Below are positions 30,254 through 40,642 of a stretch of 64,000 nt of DNA, piece by piece (position 1 is the first letter of the stretch; each line of letters starts with the position of its first letter). The notes under the pieces were generated by a model. That model worked only from the letters and a program-made list of their open reading frames with translations, made no database searches and had not been told where the DNA came from. The stretch is from a virus. A program made the translations under genes and the position numbers. The DNA lies in IMG/VR virus record IMGVR_UViG_3300036770_004511, positions 3,672-67,671 of that record; one strand, 5' to 3'.

Positions 30254-32806
30254 TTAAGCCAAACTCAAGGTAATTGCACACCAGCCTTCAGTGTAAGTTG
30301 TGGAGGTTATACCATTTGCAGTAGATCCAGGGAAATTAGTTTTGAATCCAGTACTGGTTATTCTAATATTAGCTGTTTGCCCGGCTGTGATCAGACCGGC
30401 ATGTACTGCTGCACGTCTAAGATCACTATCCGAAGTATATCCATATGTGTTATTGCCCCATACTTGAGCACCATTAACGGTGCCGGTTATTTGTGCTACG
30501 TTTCCTGAAATATTTTTAGCTCCGACTAATCCGACACCATCAAAGCTAGGAGGACAAACAAAAGTTCCATCGCCCTGTATACCATAAACCGGGGGAGGAG
30601 TAGGAACCGTGGTTGGGGTGGGAATAGGCAATGGAATCACACCACCTTTCCATAAATTAATATTATCTAGATAAAAGTTAGCACCAATCAATTGCCCGCC
30701 GCTGGCATCATAGCTACCAGCTATGAACACAAATCTATAACTACCTGCGTCACTGGATCCAATGGTATATTCCAAGGTTTGCCATCCTGTGTACAGCCCA
30801 AATTCATTTAATAATAGCACAGATTTACCGGTAGAGGGATTAATCAAATAAGCAAATACGTCATATTCATCATTGAACATTTCTGCACGCCAATTCATAA
30901 CAATCTTATCACCTGCTGCCACAATAAGATTTTGGTTACTAACAATATAAGGACCGCGTACTATGCCATAGGGTTGATTTACACTGCCTTCTTGGCGTAA
31001 TTTTAATACACGATTACCCAAAAATCCAGGAACGAAGCCACCGTCGGCTGCCCAAGAATATTGATAAGTTCCTGTTACTGCATCACCAAATGGGGCGGGA
31101 CTGTTTCCATGTACTGCTTTGGGATTATTAGGAGTTGGGAATCCGAATATGCTACTGGCCCCATTGGTACGTACACCTTCAAGATATATAGTCCAGCCTG
31201 GGTAAGTCACTGTGGTGCCGCTAGTGACCACCGGAGAATCAATTTCAAAGTCGCCATTGAAGAAGTAATCAATAGCGTCGGGCGGAATTGGCACCGGTAC
31301 AGGTATAGGAATAGGTGTGGGTATCGGTAGCGGAGTCAATGTATCAACAATTTCTACATTGGCTTCTAATGGACCATTTAGTAACTTTAATGTAAAAAAT
31401 TCTCTGCGCGACGACTCATTGACTCCGTCTATGCGCGGCGTGAATTCTACATTAGCGAAACCGTTGATCATTTGAAAGGTCCCACTGAGTATATTGGCTG
31501 GCTGCACAAAGTCTGAATCATCTACGCCTGGCGTTTTTATTATAATATAATCCCAGCTGGATCCATTGGGAATTCGGGGTTCGGTGGCACTGTCGTGTTG
31601 TAGAGTAAAACGTACACTATCGCCTTCAGCCACCCTGCCAGTATTGGCATAAAGTCTTAATGTAACATATACAATATCAATGCTGACTTGCACACTAGGA
31701 AATTCCTGTAACCTGACTGTAAAAGTTTCATCACGATCAGTGTCTATCATGATCTGCAACGGCAAGTCAGCATCGCAACGATTAGCGTCTGTGGTTACTG
31801 TATTCAGCTGCGGTAAAAAGATCCCTGTTAATAAATTATAATTAATTTCACTGGTAACAGTGGTACTCACTGTGGCATTGAAATCGCGACTATTGATTTT
31901 GTCTCCTACTATTTCAAAAAACACTTCACTATTAACTGGCACGCTGGTTGTATGCAAACTCACAGTAACATTGCCACCAACATACACCCGACTTTTATTA
32001 GAGGTCAAGCTATAGGTAATAGGTGGAGCATTACCATATACATCTACTGTGATAACTTTGGGTTCACCAATTTGCCCGGTTTGAGTAATTAGTGTATAGG
32101 TAAATGCGTCTGTGCCTTGAAACATTCTATAAGGCACATACAGTATACCTTGGCGGTCTTGGGTTAAACGTGCGTAACCCCACAGTGGCTGAGTTAGTAC
32201 TACCGGTTCTACTCGCTGTGCTTCTAATGCTCTACGACGTAATCGTTTGTTCCATTCCCCAGTGCCACTGATGCTGGCAGTGTCAGGGCTACCTCCAGCA
32301 AACCGTCCAGGATTATGAGGCAGTTCAACCCAGTCATAACTTTTATAATTATCAAACCTGAATACGGCTCCTCGCTTGGCTGGGTCACTGGTGCGTTCTG
32401 GTAATGGATCATATACAGTATCATAAATCACAGTTAGAGGAGCAATAATATCTCTATTAAATTCTATTACGCCGCCTGTCTTGGCCCAATTAGTTCCATC
32501 ACCAGTTCTATCACGGAGAAATCTAAATTCGGTCCAAGGTAGTCCAGGCCATGTTCTACTATTAAACCCGCCGTAGTTTATTATACGATATCCGCGATAG
32601 GGCCTAAATTCTTTTTCGTAAATTTCTAAAAAATGTATTGTTCGTATATCAAAATTAACAGGAATTTGATTACGATACGCACCCACAATGCGTCGTACAA
32701 TAGCACCACGTTGGGTATCTTCTAATGTGGTGATACGATTAGGCATAAAATGATAAATGTCCCTGGTTACAGGCACTATCACTCTATTGTTCTGTATCAA
32801 CAGCAC
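30254..32806 (-). CDS. Multidomain virion protein: Ig-like, Calx-beta-like, jelly-roll/CBM-like and C-terminal LCCL-like domains
   Basis: GTG start with GGAGGA SD inside the upstream gene; LYVP...GTDAFTYTL; VAEGDSVRF; FFNGDFE...FYLDNI; VWG...YTSDSDLRRAAVHAG...GSTANGITS. Confidence 0.75.
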   Translation of the reverse strand: MLLIQNNRVIVPVTRDIYHFMPNRITTLEDTQRGAIVRRIVGAYRNQIPVNFDIRTIHFLEIYEKEFRPYRGYRIINYGGFNSRTWPGLPWTEFRFLRDRTGDGTNWAKTGGVIEFNRDIIAPLTVIYDTVYDPLPERTSDPAKRGAVFRFDNYKSYDWVELPHNPGRFAGGSPDTASISGTGEWNKRLRRRALEAQRVEPVVLTQPLWGYARLTQDRQGILYVPYRMFQGTDAFTYTLITQTGQIGEPKVITVDVYGNAPPITYSLTSNKSRVYVGGNVTVSLHTTSVPVNSEVFFEIVGDKINSRDFNATVSTTVTSEINYNLLTGIFLPQLNTVTTDANRCDADLPLQIMIDTDRDETFTVRLQEFPSVQVSIDIVYVTLRLYANTGRVAEGDSVRFTLQHDSATEPRIPNGSSWDYIIIKTPGVDDSDFVQPANILSGTFQMINGFANVEFTPRIDGVNESSRREFFTLKLLNGPLEANVEIVDTLTPLPIPTPIPIPVPVPIPPDAIDYFFNGDFEIDSPVVTSGTTVTYPGWTIYLEGVRTNGASSIFGFPTPNNPKAVHGNSPAPFGDAVTGTYQYSWAADGGFVPGFLGNRVLKLRQEGSVNQPYGIVRGPYIVSNQNLIVAAGDKIVMNWRAEMFNDEYDVFAYLINPSTGKSVLLLNEFGLYTGWQTLEYTIGSSDAGSYRFVFIAGSYDASGGQLIGANFYLDNINLWKGGVIPLPIPTPTTVPTPPPVYGIQGDGTFVCPPSFDGVGLVGAKNISGNVAQITGTVNGAQVWGNNTYGYTSDSDLRRAAVHAGLITAGQTANIRITSTGFKTNFPGSTANGITSTTYTEGWCAITLSLA

Positions 32807-32807
32807 A

Positions 32808-35800
32808 TTATCCTCCTCTAATCAACCAGCCCACTGGCCACTTCATTCTTCGAGCGATTACATACTTATCAGGTCCCGAATTATGGTAGACTAAGTTTGT
32901 GGGCTGACCAGTGCTGGTTATAAATCCACTGGGATGGTTGTAGAAAGTACGCCGATAACCTGGGTCAGCAGGAATAACTTCATGATATGATTTTTCTGTG
33001 CCGCGACCACGTTCAAAGAAATCTGGCAAGGTCACTGCTACATTAGGAGCCAATGGCCCATAGTAATACATCTTGGGTCGGCTTGGTACTGCAAAAATGT
33101 GTGTATTAAAGAATATGCGCGAGTTATAGTAGTTAGTACCTGGTATCTGGTAAGCCATTGCACTAACATAATTACCAGCCTGTGCCACTGCTGATTGAAA
33201 CTCACGGAATCCACCGCGACTGGCCCTATAGGTTTGATCAAATAGAATGAACTGTGGTTCGCTACCAGTTTCAGCTACAGCAGTAACGGTCACTGCTAGA
33301 CGTTCTTCTGTACCAGGATATAAACTGGTAAAGTATGGATATCCTACATTAATCTCTATGTTGCCTGTGCGATTTAATACAATAGTTTCAACAATAGCTG
33401 CTGTGTTTGCTGCATGATAAGTAGGATGTTGAACAAATACAGGACAATCACCATCAGGTGTTCCAAAGCTAGCAAAGTCTACTTTTCTTACTATAAACCC
33501 ATTGGGCACATCTAAGTAAAGTCGATTATTCAAACTGGCTTGACCGCATACCACAGTGTTAGCAATGTGCCCATCCCAATCTTTCTTAGCAATAAATTCT
33601 AAGATACGTGTTTCACGCACACCATAATATTCGCTGTCATCTAGTACAAACAAAGGCTCTTGATCTAGTTCTGGGTCATTACGCCCGATTATAGAGTCTG
33701 GGCTATAGTTTATTGCTGGTAAACTAAACCTTATGTTAAAATCAAGATAACTACGTAGTGCTGTTAATTTGAAATCAGGATACCTTACTTGATACAGTAA
33801 AGGATCTAATCCAAATTCCATTATGTTATCTTGTACAAGATCTGGACCTAATATCAATTCTGGACTACCTGACTTGTCTACAAACAACGGTTCCAGTGTT
33901 CCTTCTGGTCCTCGGTCAGTTCTAATAATTTCCGGAACAAGCACCCCATCTATACCACCAGGCAATCCAGTGAATATCCACTGTTGCTCGAAACCAGACA
34001 CTTGTGTAAACTGCGTGATCTCTGCGTTCATACCAAATCCTGGTATTGCACTCATTGATGTTATTTGTGCTGTGCTTTCGAAGCCCGGGATCAACGAAGG
34101 TCTATATATTTCTGCATCGGCTTCAAGACCTGGAACTGTACCAGGTAGGTACTTGTCAAAATTACTTTGAAGTGTTATACTATCAATAAGTTCAATCTTT
34201 TCCCATGGGTTACGCCAATAAAAATCCTGCATGCCAGCATAGGCGAAATCAAAACTCAATCTGATATTTTCTGATATGGGATCAAAATCATATTGACTTT
34301 GCATGGGTATGCCTGAGGCCACTGGTGCAAACTCAAAACCAATGTCAAATTCTATCCCTGGGTCCCATGGCGCCAATTCCATAATAGGATCTACTAGAGT
34401 TTGATGCACACTGGTATATTCAGCTTCAGTATTAACATAGATCAAGTTTTCTAATCCACCTGTATTGCCCACAATAGGTATTTCTAGACTAGGCATAAGA
34501 TTAGCTAAGAATACGTTGCTGACTATCAAGAATCCATTGGCTGTTTGTTCTAAATTACCTAGATAATTGTTACTAACGATCTCAGTATAGCTAATAACGT
34601 TACCGTTATAATCTAATAAAAATTCTTGTGCAGCTACGGTAAGATTTGGGGTATAACTATCGTAAAATAAATTTTGAATCGGCTCACGATCTGACGTAGT
34701 GCCTGTATTAAACAAAGTCATAGGCAATTCAGCTGCACCATTGGATTGGGTGTAGAATATGTTAGCCATGAACTGCTGACGAAATTGTCCTCCGTCCATC
34801 CCAAATGTAGCAGAGTACCCTACTGCGCCATTGTAGGTTATTAGCTCACCGAAATTGGTCTGTGACCAATTTCCTTGGGTCCCGGTTACAAATAACGTCT
34901 CAGGATCAAAAACATCAGACTCAGCATCGGTTAACACTGGAGTAGTCGATATCAAAGTACGTGCATTAGGTTCAAGATAATTCTGTGTGCCTGATTGCAC
35001 GACATCAAAATCATCATTGTCGTGAGTATTATACGATCCAGAATAGGTTGTGGTATTTTTACTAAATCTAATAAAAATGTCACCTGCTAATTTAGCATAC
35101 TCATTGGTAATAGCCTGCAGCTTAGGAGCCGGAGACTGTCCAGTAACCGGAGCAGTATAGGTTAAAGTAGGCCCGGCCAGACCATTGCTTATATTATCTA
35201 TTTCAAAATACGTAGGAGGTTGGAACCCTTCGGTCGGAGCTGTATAACGTATCTCTGTGGCACTAAAAGTTTTATTACTCACTGCACCGGCCTCAAAATA
35301 CGTAGCAGGTTGATATCCTTGTGTTGGAGCAGAATAACTAACTTGAGTAGGACCACGAGACTGTCCGCTTACTGTACCAGTTTCAAAGTAATTCGGCGGC
35401 TGAAACTTTTGTGACGGGGCTGAAAATTCCATCTGTGTGGGTACATGAGATTGTCCACTGACTACCCCGGTTTCAAAGTAATTTGGTGGTTGGAATTTCT
35501 GCGACGGTGCTGCAAATTCCATCTGTGTAGGCACATGAGATTGACTGCTTACTGTACCAGTTTCAAAATAAGCAGGTGGATAAAACTTTTCGCTGGGCGC
35601 ATCGAAGTACAGCATGGTAGGTATAACTGACTGCTCAGGGCTGGTTACTGCTCCGTTAAACTGTGTTACTTGTTCAACAAACTCAGCAGTTTTAACATTG
35701 CCTAAGAACTGTGTGCCTTGACCTATAAATCCCTGTTCGGGTGCACCTACTTTAACTATGTTACCTTTTTTATATTCGGCTATTGGTGCTGCTATTTCGG

Positions 35801-38800
35801 CGCGAACTGGCCCAGCTTCAAATTGTCTTGATACTTCAAATTCTACAAGGTCGTCTCTGTTATAATAACGTTTTTCTAGCGTAAATGTAGTCTCAGATCT
35901 TGATTCAATAAATCCAGGCTCAATGCTGCTGGTAGGTACAATTTGTTGTTCTAGTCTTTCTAGATCCACAACGTCTAGTTCATAGTTATTGTCGCCACCA
36001 GTAAGTATACCTTGATTGCTAACGATTTGATTATTGATCTGCCAAGTAGCAATAGGTAAGCGTATGTTACTACCATCCACGTCTGACTGCAATTGATATA
36101 CAGTAACAGCAGATTCATAATAGTTGCCCACATACCATTGTAATTCCACATTACTACCAGTGGTAACATTGGTAACGTACTCACCATAGCTACGACCATT
36201 TACGTTGAAATTAACTCCAGGATTATCAACTACTAATCGTCCCCCAGCGACCGGTCCTGCGGTTAATGTAGCGTTGCCTGTAAAATAAGCTGGTTCGCCA
36301 TCGTAGTGTAGTTCAGTTTCAAGATATCCTGCTTTTCTAGGCACATAGGTAAGATATCTTGTATAAGGATTTTCTAATGTAGCATAGCTAACATTAGCAA
36401 ACCAAGGACCCGGAGGTGCAGTTCGAAATATCATACGATAAGTCTTGGGGCCTGTAATTACTATTTCTCTACGATCAAACAGTCTCAAACTAGTTATAAC
36501 GTTTTCTACTGTTACAACATCTCCAATGATAAAATCAACAAAAGTTCCTTTTGTTAATGATATTGTATTCCCAGACCGGGTTCTAGTAAAACTTACAATC
36601 AACCCAGTATCGTCAAAACTAGCTGTATAATAATAAGGAATGTAGTATGTACCACTAGCGTCAATGGTAACGTTAGCTGTGTACACAGTATCTTGTGGCA
36701 GGTTTTCATATAAAATATCAACTATCACATAGTTTATTCGCTGCGACTCGGGCACAGCAGGTAAAGCAAATTGATAATCGCCTAGGCTAAGAATAGGTGC
36801 AATAGAGCGTTGTGATCTACTAAATGGTACAGTAACCGACACAAAACTAGTAGGTGTAATTAGTGCAGCGTTACCGGTTATGTTTCCTACAAAACCGGAA
36901 TACGGAGCTCCGTTTACTGTAAGATATCCATAATTTAATCCTAGTACCACATTTGATTGAGTAGGAATAGTTTGATCTATACTAAACTCGTATCTAGCTT
37001 CGGTACTAGTCAAAGCAGGAACCATTACAACATCAGGATGTCTTGGCAAATATCCTAAGCTGCGTTCGTGAAAACATCCTGCACCCATATAGATCCAGTC
37101 ACCGCCTACTCCATAGCTACCAAACAAATAACTCATACCGGCAGTGGCAACTACGTTAGCTGATATAGTGTTATTGCCTACCGCTACACCAACAGGTTTA
37201 GTACTGGTATAATCTAGTGTATCATAGAATAATTCGATGTATTGAAATCCACGACCGCTGTAGAATCCTGCTTCATAGGTCATAGCAGGATGTAGTTGAT
37301 ATTTTTTGAAAAGTATGGGTGTATTTTCAGTCAGGCTAACTGCATTACTAATTCCAAAAAAGTTGCCTTCAAATACACTAGATGCTATCACTGTGGCAGT
37401 CAATGGTCTGTCAAGATATACACGTTGGCGTATAGCATACAGATATGTCCCAAACATAAGATTAGCTGCATCTGACGAAAATTCTACTTCAGTGCGAACC
37501 GCAGTGTAAGTGGTACCTGATGCAATAGTAGGAGATCCGGTCATTGACAATATTAGGGTATATTCGGTAACTGACGAGGTACTAGAACTTGCAGCAATTA
37601 CACTATTGCCTTCATCGATTATATTAAATTGAACTGTGGTACTGGTAGTATGGATATCACTGATATTACCAAAAGTAACCGACACTGTTTCTGTGCCTTC
37701 TACCACTGCATCTGCATTAGGACGCAGTATCAATGATGCTGCATTACTATTGACTATCACAGTGCCCGACATAGCAGGACTGGTTAGGAAATCATCTGAT
37801 GTAGCACCAGCTATACTATACTCTAACTCATACCCGTTGGCAATGTTAGTTGTGGTAACTGAAATAGTAACTGTATTAGCCGTAAGATTATTACCTTCAG
37901 TGGCTACACTTCTATCCACTGAAGCTGTTATTGTTTTAACAATAACCTGTTTACCGATCAATCTAGCATCAGCAGGTAGTCCGGTCCCGGTTAGTCTTTG
38001 ACCTGAATATAATTTGTCGTAGTCGTTGACCGACACTAAAGTTTGTTTGCTTGCGCTATAGTGTTTAATCACTGTAACAGTTTCAGTGAATCTATTGACA
38101 CTGACTATGTCTGATCGCAATACAGCGTAGCCCGGAGACATAACACCACCATTTTGCCATAAAGAATGAGAACCGATTTGAAAAGTAGAATCAATTGTGG
38201 GGTCAATATGTAGATCAACAACTAGTATATTGCCTAAGGTAGCCAGCGTCCTATAGTCGTAATTAGAACCAAGGAATTCATTAAGTTCTTCAGAACTGAT
38301 TCTACCTTGAAATATGCCTCCTATGTGTACATTTGCATATTTTTTAATTAGGTATCTGCCTATTCCAAACCAACTTGAGTACCATGCCATGGTTACTAAA
38401 CTATTGGTGCCAGGTTCTAATGTGCGAATAACAGGAGTTTGATAATATGCATCTCTATATGTCACAGTGGTAGTGTTAGTAATTCCTGTACCACTGACAT
38501 AGTCGCCGACATTGGCTTTTGACAAATCAGCTACAGGTATTTCATTGTGGCTCACTGTATTGGTCCAGACTGGCAAAGTATTACCAAAAGGATACGAGTC
38601 CATACTAGTACCTACCCAACGCACACGCAGCCCATCAAATTGCTTGAAATTTTGATATTGATAATATACACCAGGTTGTTCGCCGCTGGTTAGTGCGCCT
38701 GGTATTATATTAGTAGGATTACGATTATCGATGGGTAATCCTTGATATAAATTACCATGTATAGCATATACCGCAGGGAACGCAAAGGCAGCTAAATTAG

Positions 38801-40601
38801 CAGCAGGATCTGTTGAAATATTACTGTCAAATGTTATATATCCATTAGTACTAACATTAACATTAGCCATCACATAATCCCAAAGTCGGAAATTAAATCC
38901 CAAGGGAATATCTGTGGTCATACCATTAACATGTGTACCTGTGGGTACTGTGTTTGTAAATGTAGTTGCACCAGATATTCTCAGGTCAGCAATGTTCCCG
39001 CTTTTATAATGGTCGGTGAGTTGGGCACTAGACACCGACCTTACTTCAAAATCAAAAGCATTTTCACCTAGCACAAACACAGTTTTAGCCCGGCCTTGTG
39101 CAGAGCTACGATAGCTTACACTAACGTAATCACCTACACTAACAGGTTCATTTTCTATGCCATTGGTATATACAGTGGTATTATTAGGCGCCTTAGGCAT
39201 GATATTTTGATCACCTAACATTTTAACTTCAACAGGATTAGATCCAATATGACTAACTGGTCCTAGTTTACTATCCATAGTAAACGGAATAACTTTTTCA
39301 ATTCCAGTTAAATTTAATACAGTATAATTTTTTAAGTAGTGGCTGGCTAATATACTAGTTCCTACTACACTAACAATGGTTACCTTGTCTGCGAAACGAT
39401 GAATGCCGTAGGTATCGTCGCCCTTGTATTCTAATACGTCAATGGTATCGTGTCCGGTTACCCATAAACGATTTTCAAAATTCCTACAGTAAGCCGGTAC
39501 AAATCCAGGTGTAGGCCAGACTGTATATGATCCGGTGGAATCAGTAAAAATCAATAAACGTTGAGCATTTGATTCTGGTACTGCCACCCTATCATTATCG
39601 ATTTTAGCAGGTGTACCCAATGCTGTTGATGTGTACAATACTGTTTTTGTAGCACTATTAACAAAAATCGCTTTTTGTGATTTAGTGGTAACCACTGCAC
39701 CATTTTGCCAACATGTTAATGTAACAATTTCTTCTCCGGGCACTGCAATTTGATTTTGTAGTTGAAAATTGCGATTTAACACATACACAGCGCCGGCACC
39801 AGCTAACCAAATTTGGTTGCTGGTTACATCCAATGCTGTGACGATTGGGAATAAACTATTAAGGAATTTTTTTCTAGCCAAGTCCAGAAAAGAACCACCC
39901 ACTGGTAAGTCTTGTTGAAATGGCAAATCGTCTAAGCTAAAAAATGGCAATGCCTTGGGCTTGAACTCATCGCTGGCATAATATCTACGGTCGAAACGTA
40001 TCCTATAGACTTTGAAATCACTGCCTAGTACTATAAGATCATGTGTGTAAGTACCCACTTGCTGATCGCTGATCGATTTGCGATATTCAATTGGGCTAGC
40101 AGGTAACTCTACTCTACTGATACATATCTGTTCTACACTATAAAAACTTACACTATAAGTAAGTGGATCTAGTACTACATGTAGTTCTTCAACATCAATT
40201 AAACCGTGGCCAAATCCTACTAGCCTTTGAGTATTACGTAGTGCGTTGGTACTAAATGTAATTTCTTGAGTAAAATTAATGTAGTTGTACCACTTGCGTT
40301 TAACATCGGCTTCTTTGAGTACCGGTGAATAATTATTTTGATTAACTACAGCAAAATATTGTTCTATACCATCGATATAGTAAGAATGGAATCTATGAGC
40401 TAGGTACCCTGCAGGCGTAGTTAATCTTACCTGCAAAGTATCGCCGGTCTTAACTAGCACCGGCTGACTAGTTACTTGTAGACCGTTGCGATATAAAGTC
40501 AGTAAAGGATCAACTACTACTAATTTGTGATTATAAGTAGCTCGATATTCAGTACTAACATTAGTATTGGGAACGCATGAACTCAGACTCGAAAACATCA
40601 T
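32808..40601 (-). CDS. Giant virion structural protein (2597 aa) with Calx-beta-like domain, 30-aa repeats and SUEL-lectin-like domain
   Basis: Continuous ORF; IPLGFNF...VSTNGYITF motif; DAVVEGTETV; repeats at ~35190-35610; FASFGTPDGDC motif. Confidence 0.75.
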   Translation of the reverse strand: MMFSSLSSCVPNTNVSTEYRATYNHKLVVVDPLLTLYRNGLQVTSQPVLVKTGDTLQVRLTTPAGYLAHRFHSYYIDGIEQYFAVVNQNNYSPVLKEADVKRKWYNYINFTQEITFSTNALRNTQRLVGFGHGLIDVEELHVVLDPLTYSVSFYSVEQICISRVELPASPIEYRKSISDQQVGTYTHDLIVLGSDFKVYRIRFDRRYYASDEFKPKALPFFSLDDLPFQQDLPVGGSFLDLARKKFLNSLFPIVTALDVTSNQIWLAGAGAVYVLNRNFQLQNQIAVPGEEIVTLTCWQNGAVVTTKSQKAIFVNSATKTVLYTSTALGTPAKIDNDRVAVPESNAQRLLIFTDSTGSYTVWPTPGFVPAYCRNFENRLWVTGHDTIDVLEYKGDDTYGIHRFADKVTIVSVVGTSILASHYLKNYTVLNLTGIEKVIPFTMDSKLGPVSHIGSNPVEVKMLGDQNIMPKAPNNTTVYTNGIENEPVSVGDYVSVSYRSSAQGRAKTVFVLGENAFDFEVRSVSSAQLTDHYKSGNIADLRISGATTFTNTVPTGTHVNGMTTDIPLGFNFRLWDYVMANVNVSTNGYITFDSNISTDPAANLAAFAFPAVYAIHGNLYQGLPIDNRNPTNIIPGALTSGEQPGVYYQYQNFKQFDGLRVRWVGTSMDSYPFGNTLPVWTNTVSHNEIPVADLSKANVGDYVSGTGITNTTTVTYRDAYYQTPVIRTLEPGTNSLVTMAWYSSWFGIGRYLIKKYANVHIGGIFQGRISSEELNEFLGSNYDYRTLATLGNILVVDLHIDPTIDSTFQIGSHSLWQNGGVMSPGYAVLRSDIVSVNRFTETVTVIKHYSASKQTLVSVNDYDKLYSGQRLTGTGLPADARLIGKQVIVKTITASVDRSVATEGNNLTANTVTISVTTTNIANGYELEYSIAGATSDDFLTSPAMSGTVIVNSNAASLILRPNADAVVEGTETVSVTFGNISDIHTTSTTVQFNIIDEGNSVIAASSSTSSVTEYTLILSMTGSPTIASGTTYTAVRTEVEFSSDAANLMFGTYLYAIRQRVYLDRPLTATVIASSVFEGNFFGISNAVSLTENTPILFKKYQLHPAMTYEAGFYSGRGFQYIELFYDTLDYTSTKPVGVAVGNNTISANVVATAGMSYLFGSYGVGGDWIYMGAGCFHERSLGYLPRHPDVVMVPALTSTEARYEFSIDQTIPTQSNVVLGLNYGYLTVNGAPYSGFVGNITGNAALITPTSFVSVTVPFSRSQRSIAPILSLGDYQFALPAVPESQRINYVIVDILYENLPQDTVYTANVTIDASGTYYIPYYYTASFDDTGLIVSFTRTRSGNTISLTKGTFVDFIIGDVVTVENVITSLRLFDRREIVITGPKTYRMIFRTAPPGPWFANVSYATLENPYTRYLTYVPRKAGYLETELHYDGEPAYFTGNATLTAGPVAGGRLVVDNPGVNFNVNGRSYGEYVTNVTTGSNVELQWYVGNYYESAVTVYQLQSDVDGSNIRLPIATWQINNQIVSNQGILTGGDNNYELDVVDLERLEQQIVPTSSIEPGFIESRSETTFTLEKRYYNRDDLVEFEVSRQFEAGPVRAEIAAPIAEYKKGNIVKVGAPEQGFIGQGTQFLGNVKTAEFVEQVTQFNGAVTSPEQSVIPTMLYFDAPSEKFYPPAYFETGTVSSQSHVPTQMEFAAPSQKFQPPNYFETGVVSGQSHVPTQMEFSAPSQKFQPPNYFETGTVSGQSRGPTQVSYSAPTQGYQPATYFEAGAVSNKTFSATEIRYTAPTEGFQPPTYFEIDNISNGLAGPTLTYTAPVTGQSPAPKLQAITNEYAKLAGDIFIRFSKNTTTYSGSYNTHDNDDFDVVQSGTQNYLEPNARTLISTTPVLTDAESDVFDPETLFVTGTQGNWSQTNFGELITYNGAVGYSATFGMDGGQFRQQFMANIFYTQSNGAAELPMTLFNTGTTSDREPIQNLFYDSYTPNLTVAAQEFLLDYNGNVISYTEIVSNNYLGNLEQTANGFLIVSNVFLANLMPSLEIPIVGNTGGLENLIYVNTEAEYTSVHQTLVDPIMELAPWDPGIEFDIGFEFAPVASGIPMQSQYDFDPISENIRLSFDFAYAGMQDFYWRNPWEKIELIDSITLQSNFDKYLPGTVPGLEADAEIYRPSLIPGFESTAQITSMSAIPGFGMNAEITQFTQVSGFEQQWIFTGLPGGIDGVLVPEIIRTDRGPEGTLEPLFVDKSGSPELILGPDLVQDNIMEFGLDPLLYQVRYPDFKLTALRSYLDFNIRFSLPAINYSPDSIIGRNDPELDQEPLFVLDDSEYYGVRETRILEFIAKKDWDGHIANTVVCGQASLNNRLYLDVPNGFIVRKVDFASFGTPDGDCPVFVQHPTYHAANTAAIVETIVLNRTGNIEINVGYPYFTSLYPGTEERLAVTVTAVAETGSEPQFILFDQTYRASRGGFREFQSAVAQAGNYVSAMAYQIPGTNYYNSRIFFNTHIFAVPSRPKMYYYGPLAPNVAVTLPDFFERGRGTEKSYHEVIPADPGYRRTFYNHPSGFITSTGQPTNLVYHNSGPDKYVIARRMKWPVGWLIRGG
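35190..35610. repeat. 90-bp (30-aa) degenerate tandem repeat, about 5 units
   Basis: APSQKFQPPNYFETGxVSGQSHVPTQMEF-type units; tcaaa(g/a)ta core recurs at 90-bp spacing. Confidence 0.85.
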
Positions 40602-40642
40602 GCGCCCCCATGTTTATAACCCTGTGCAATGCTCACTCTCCA

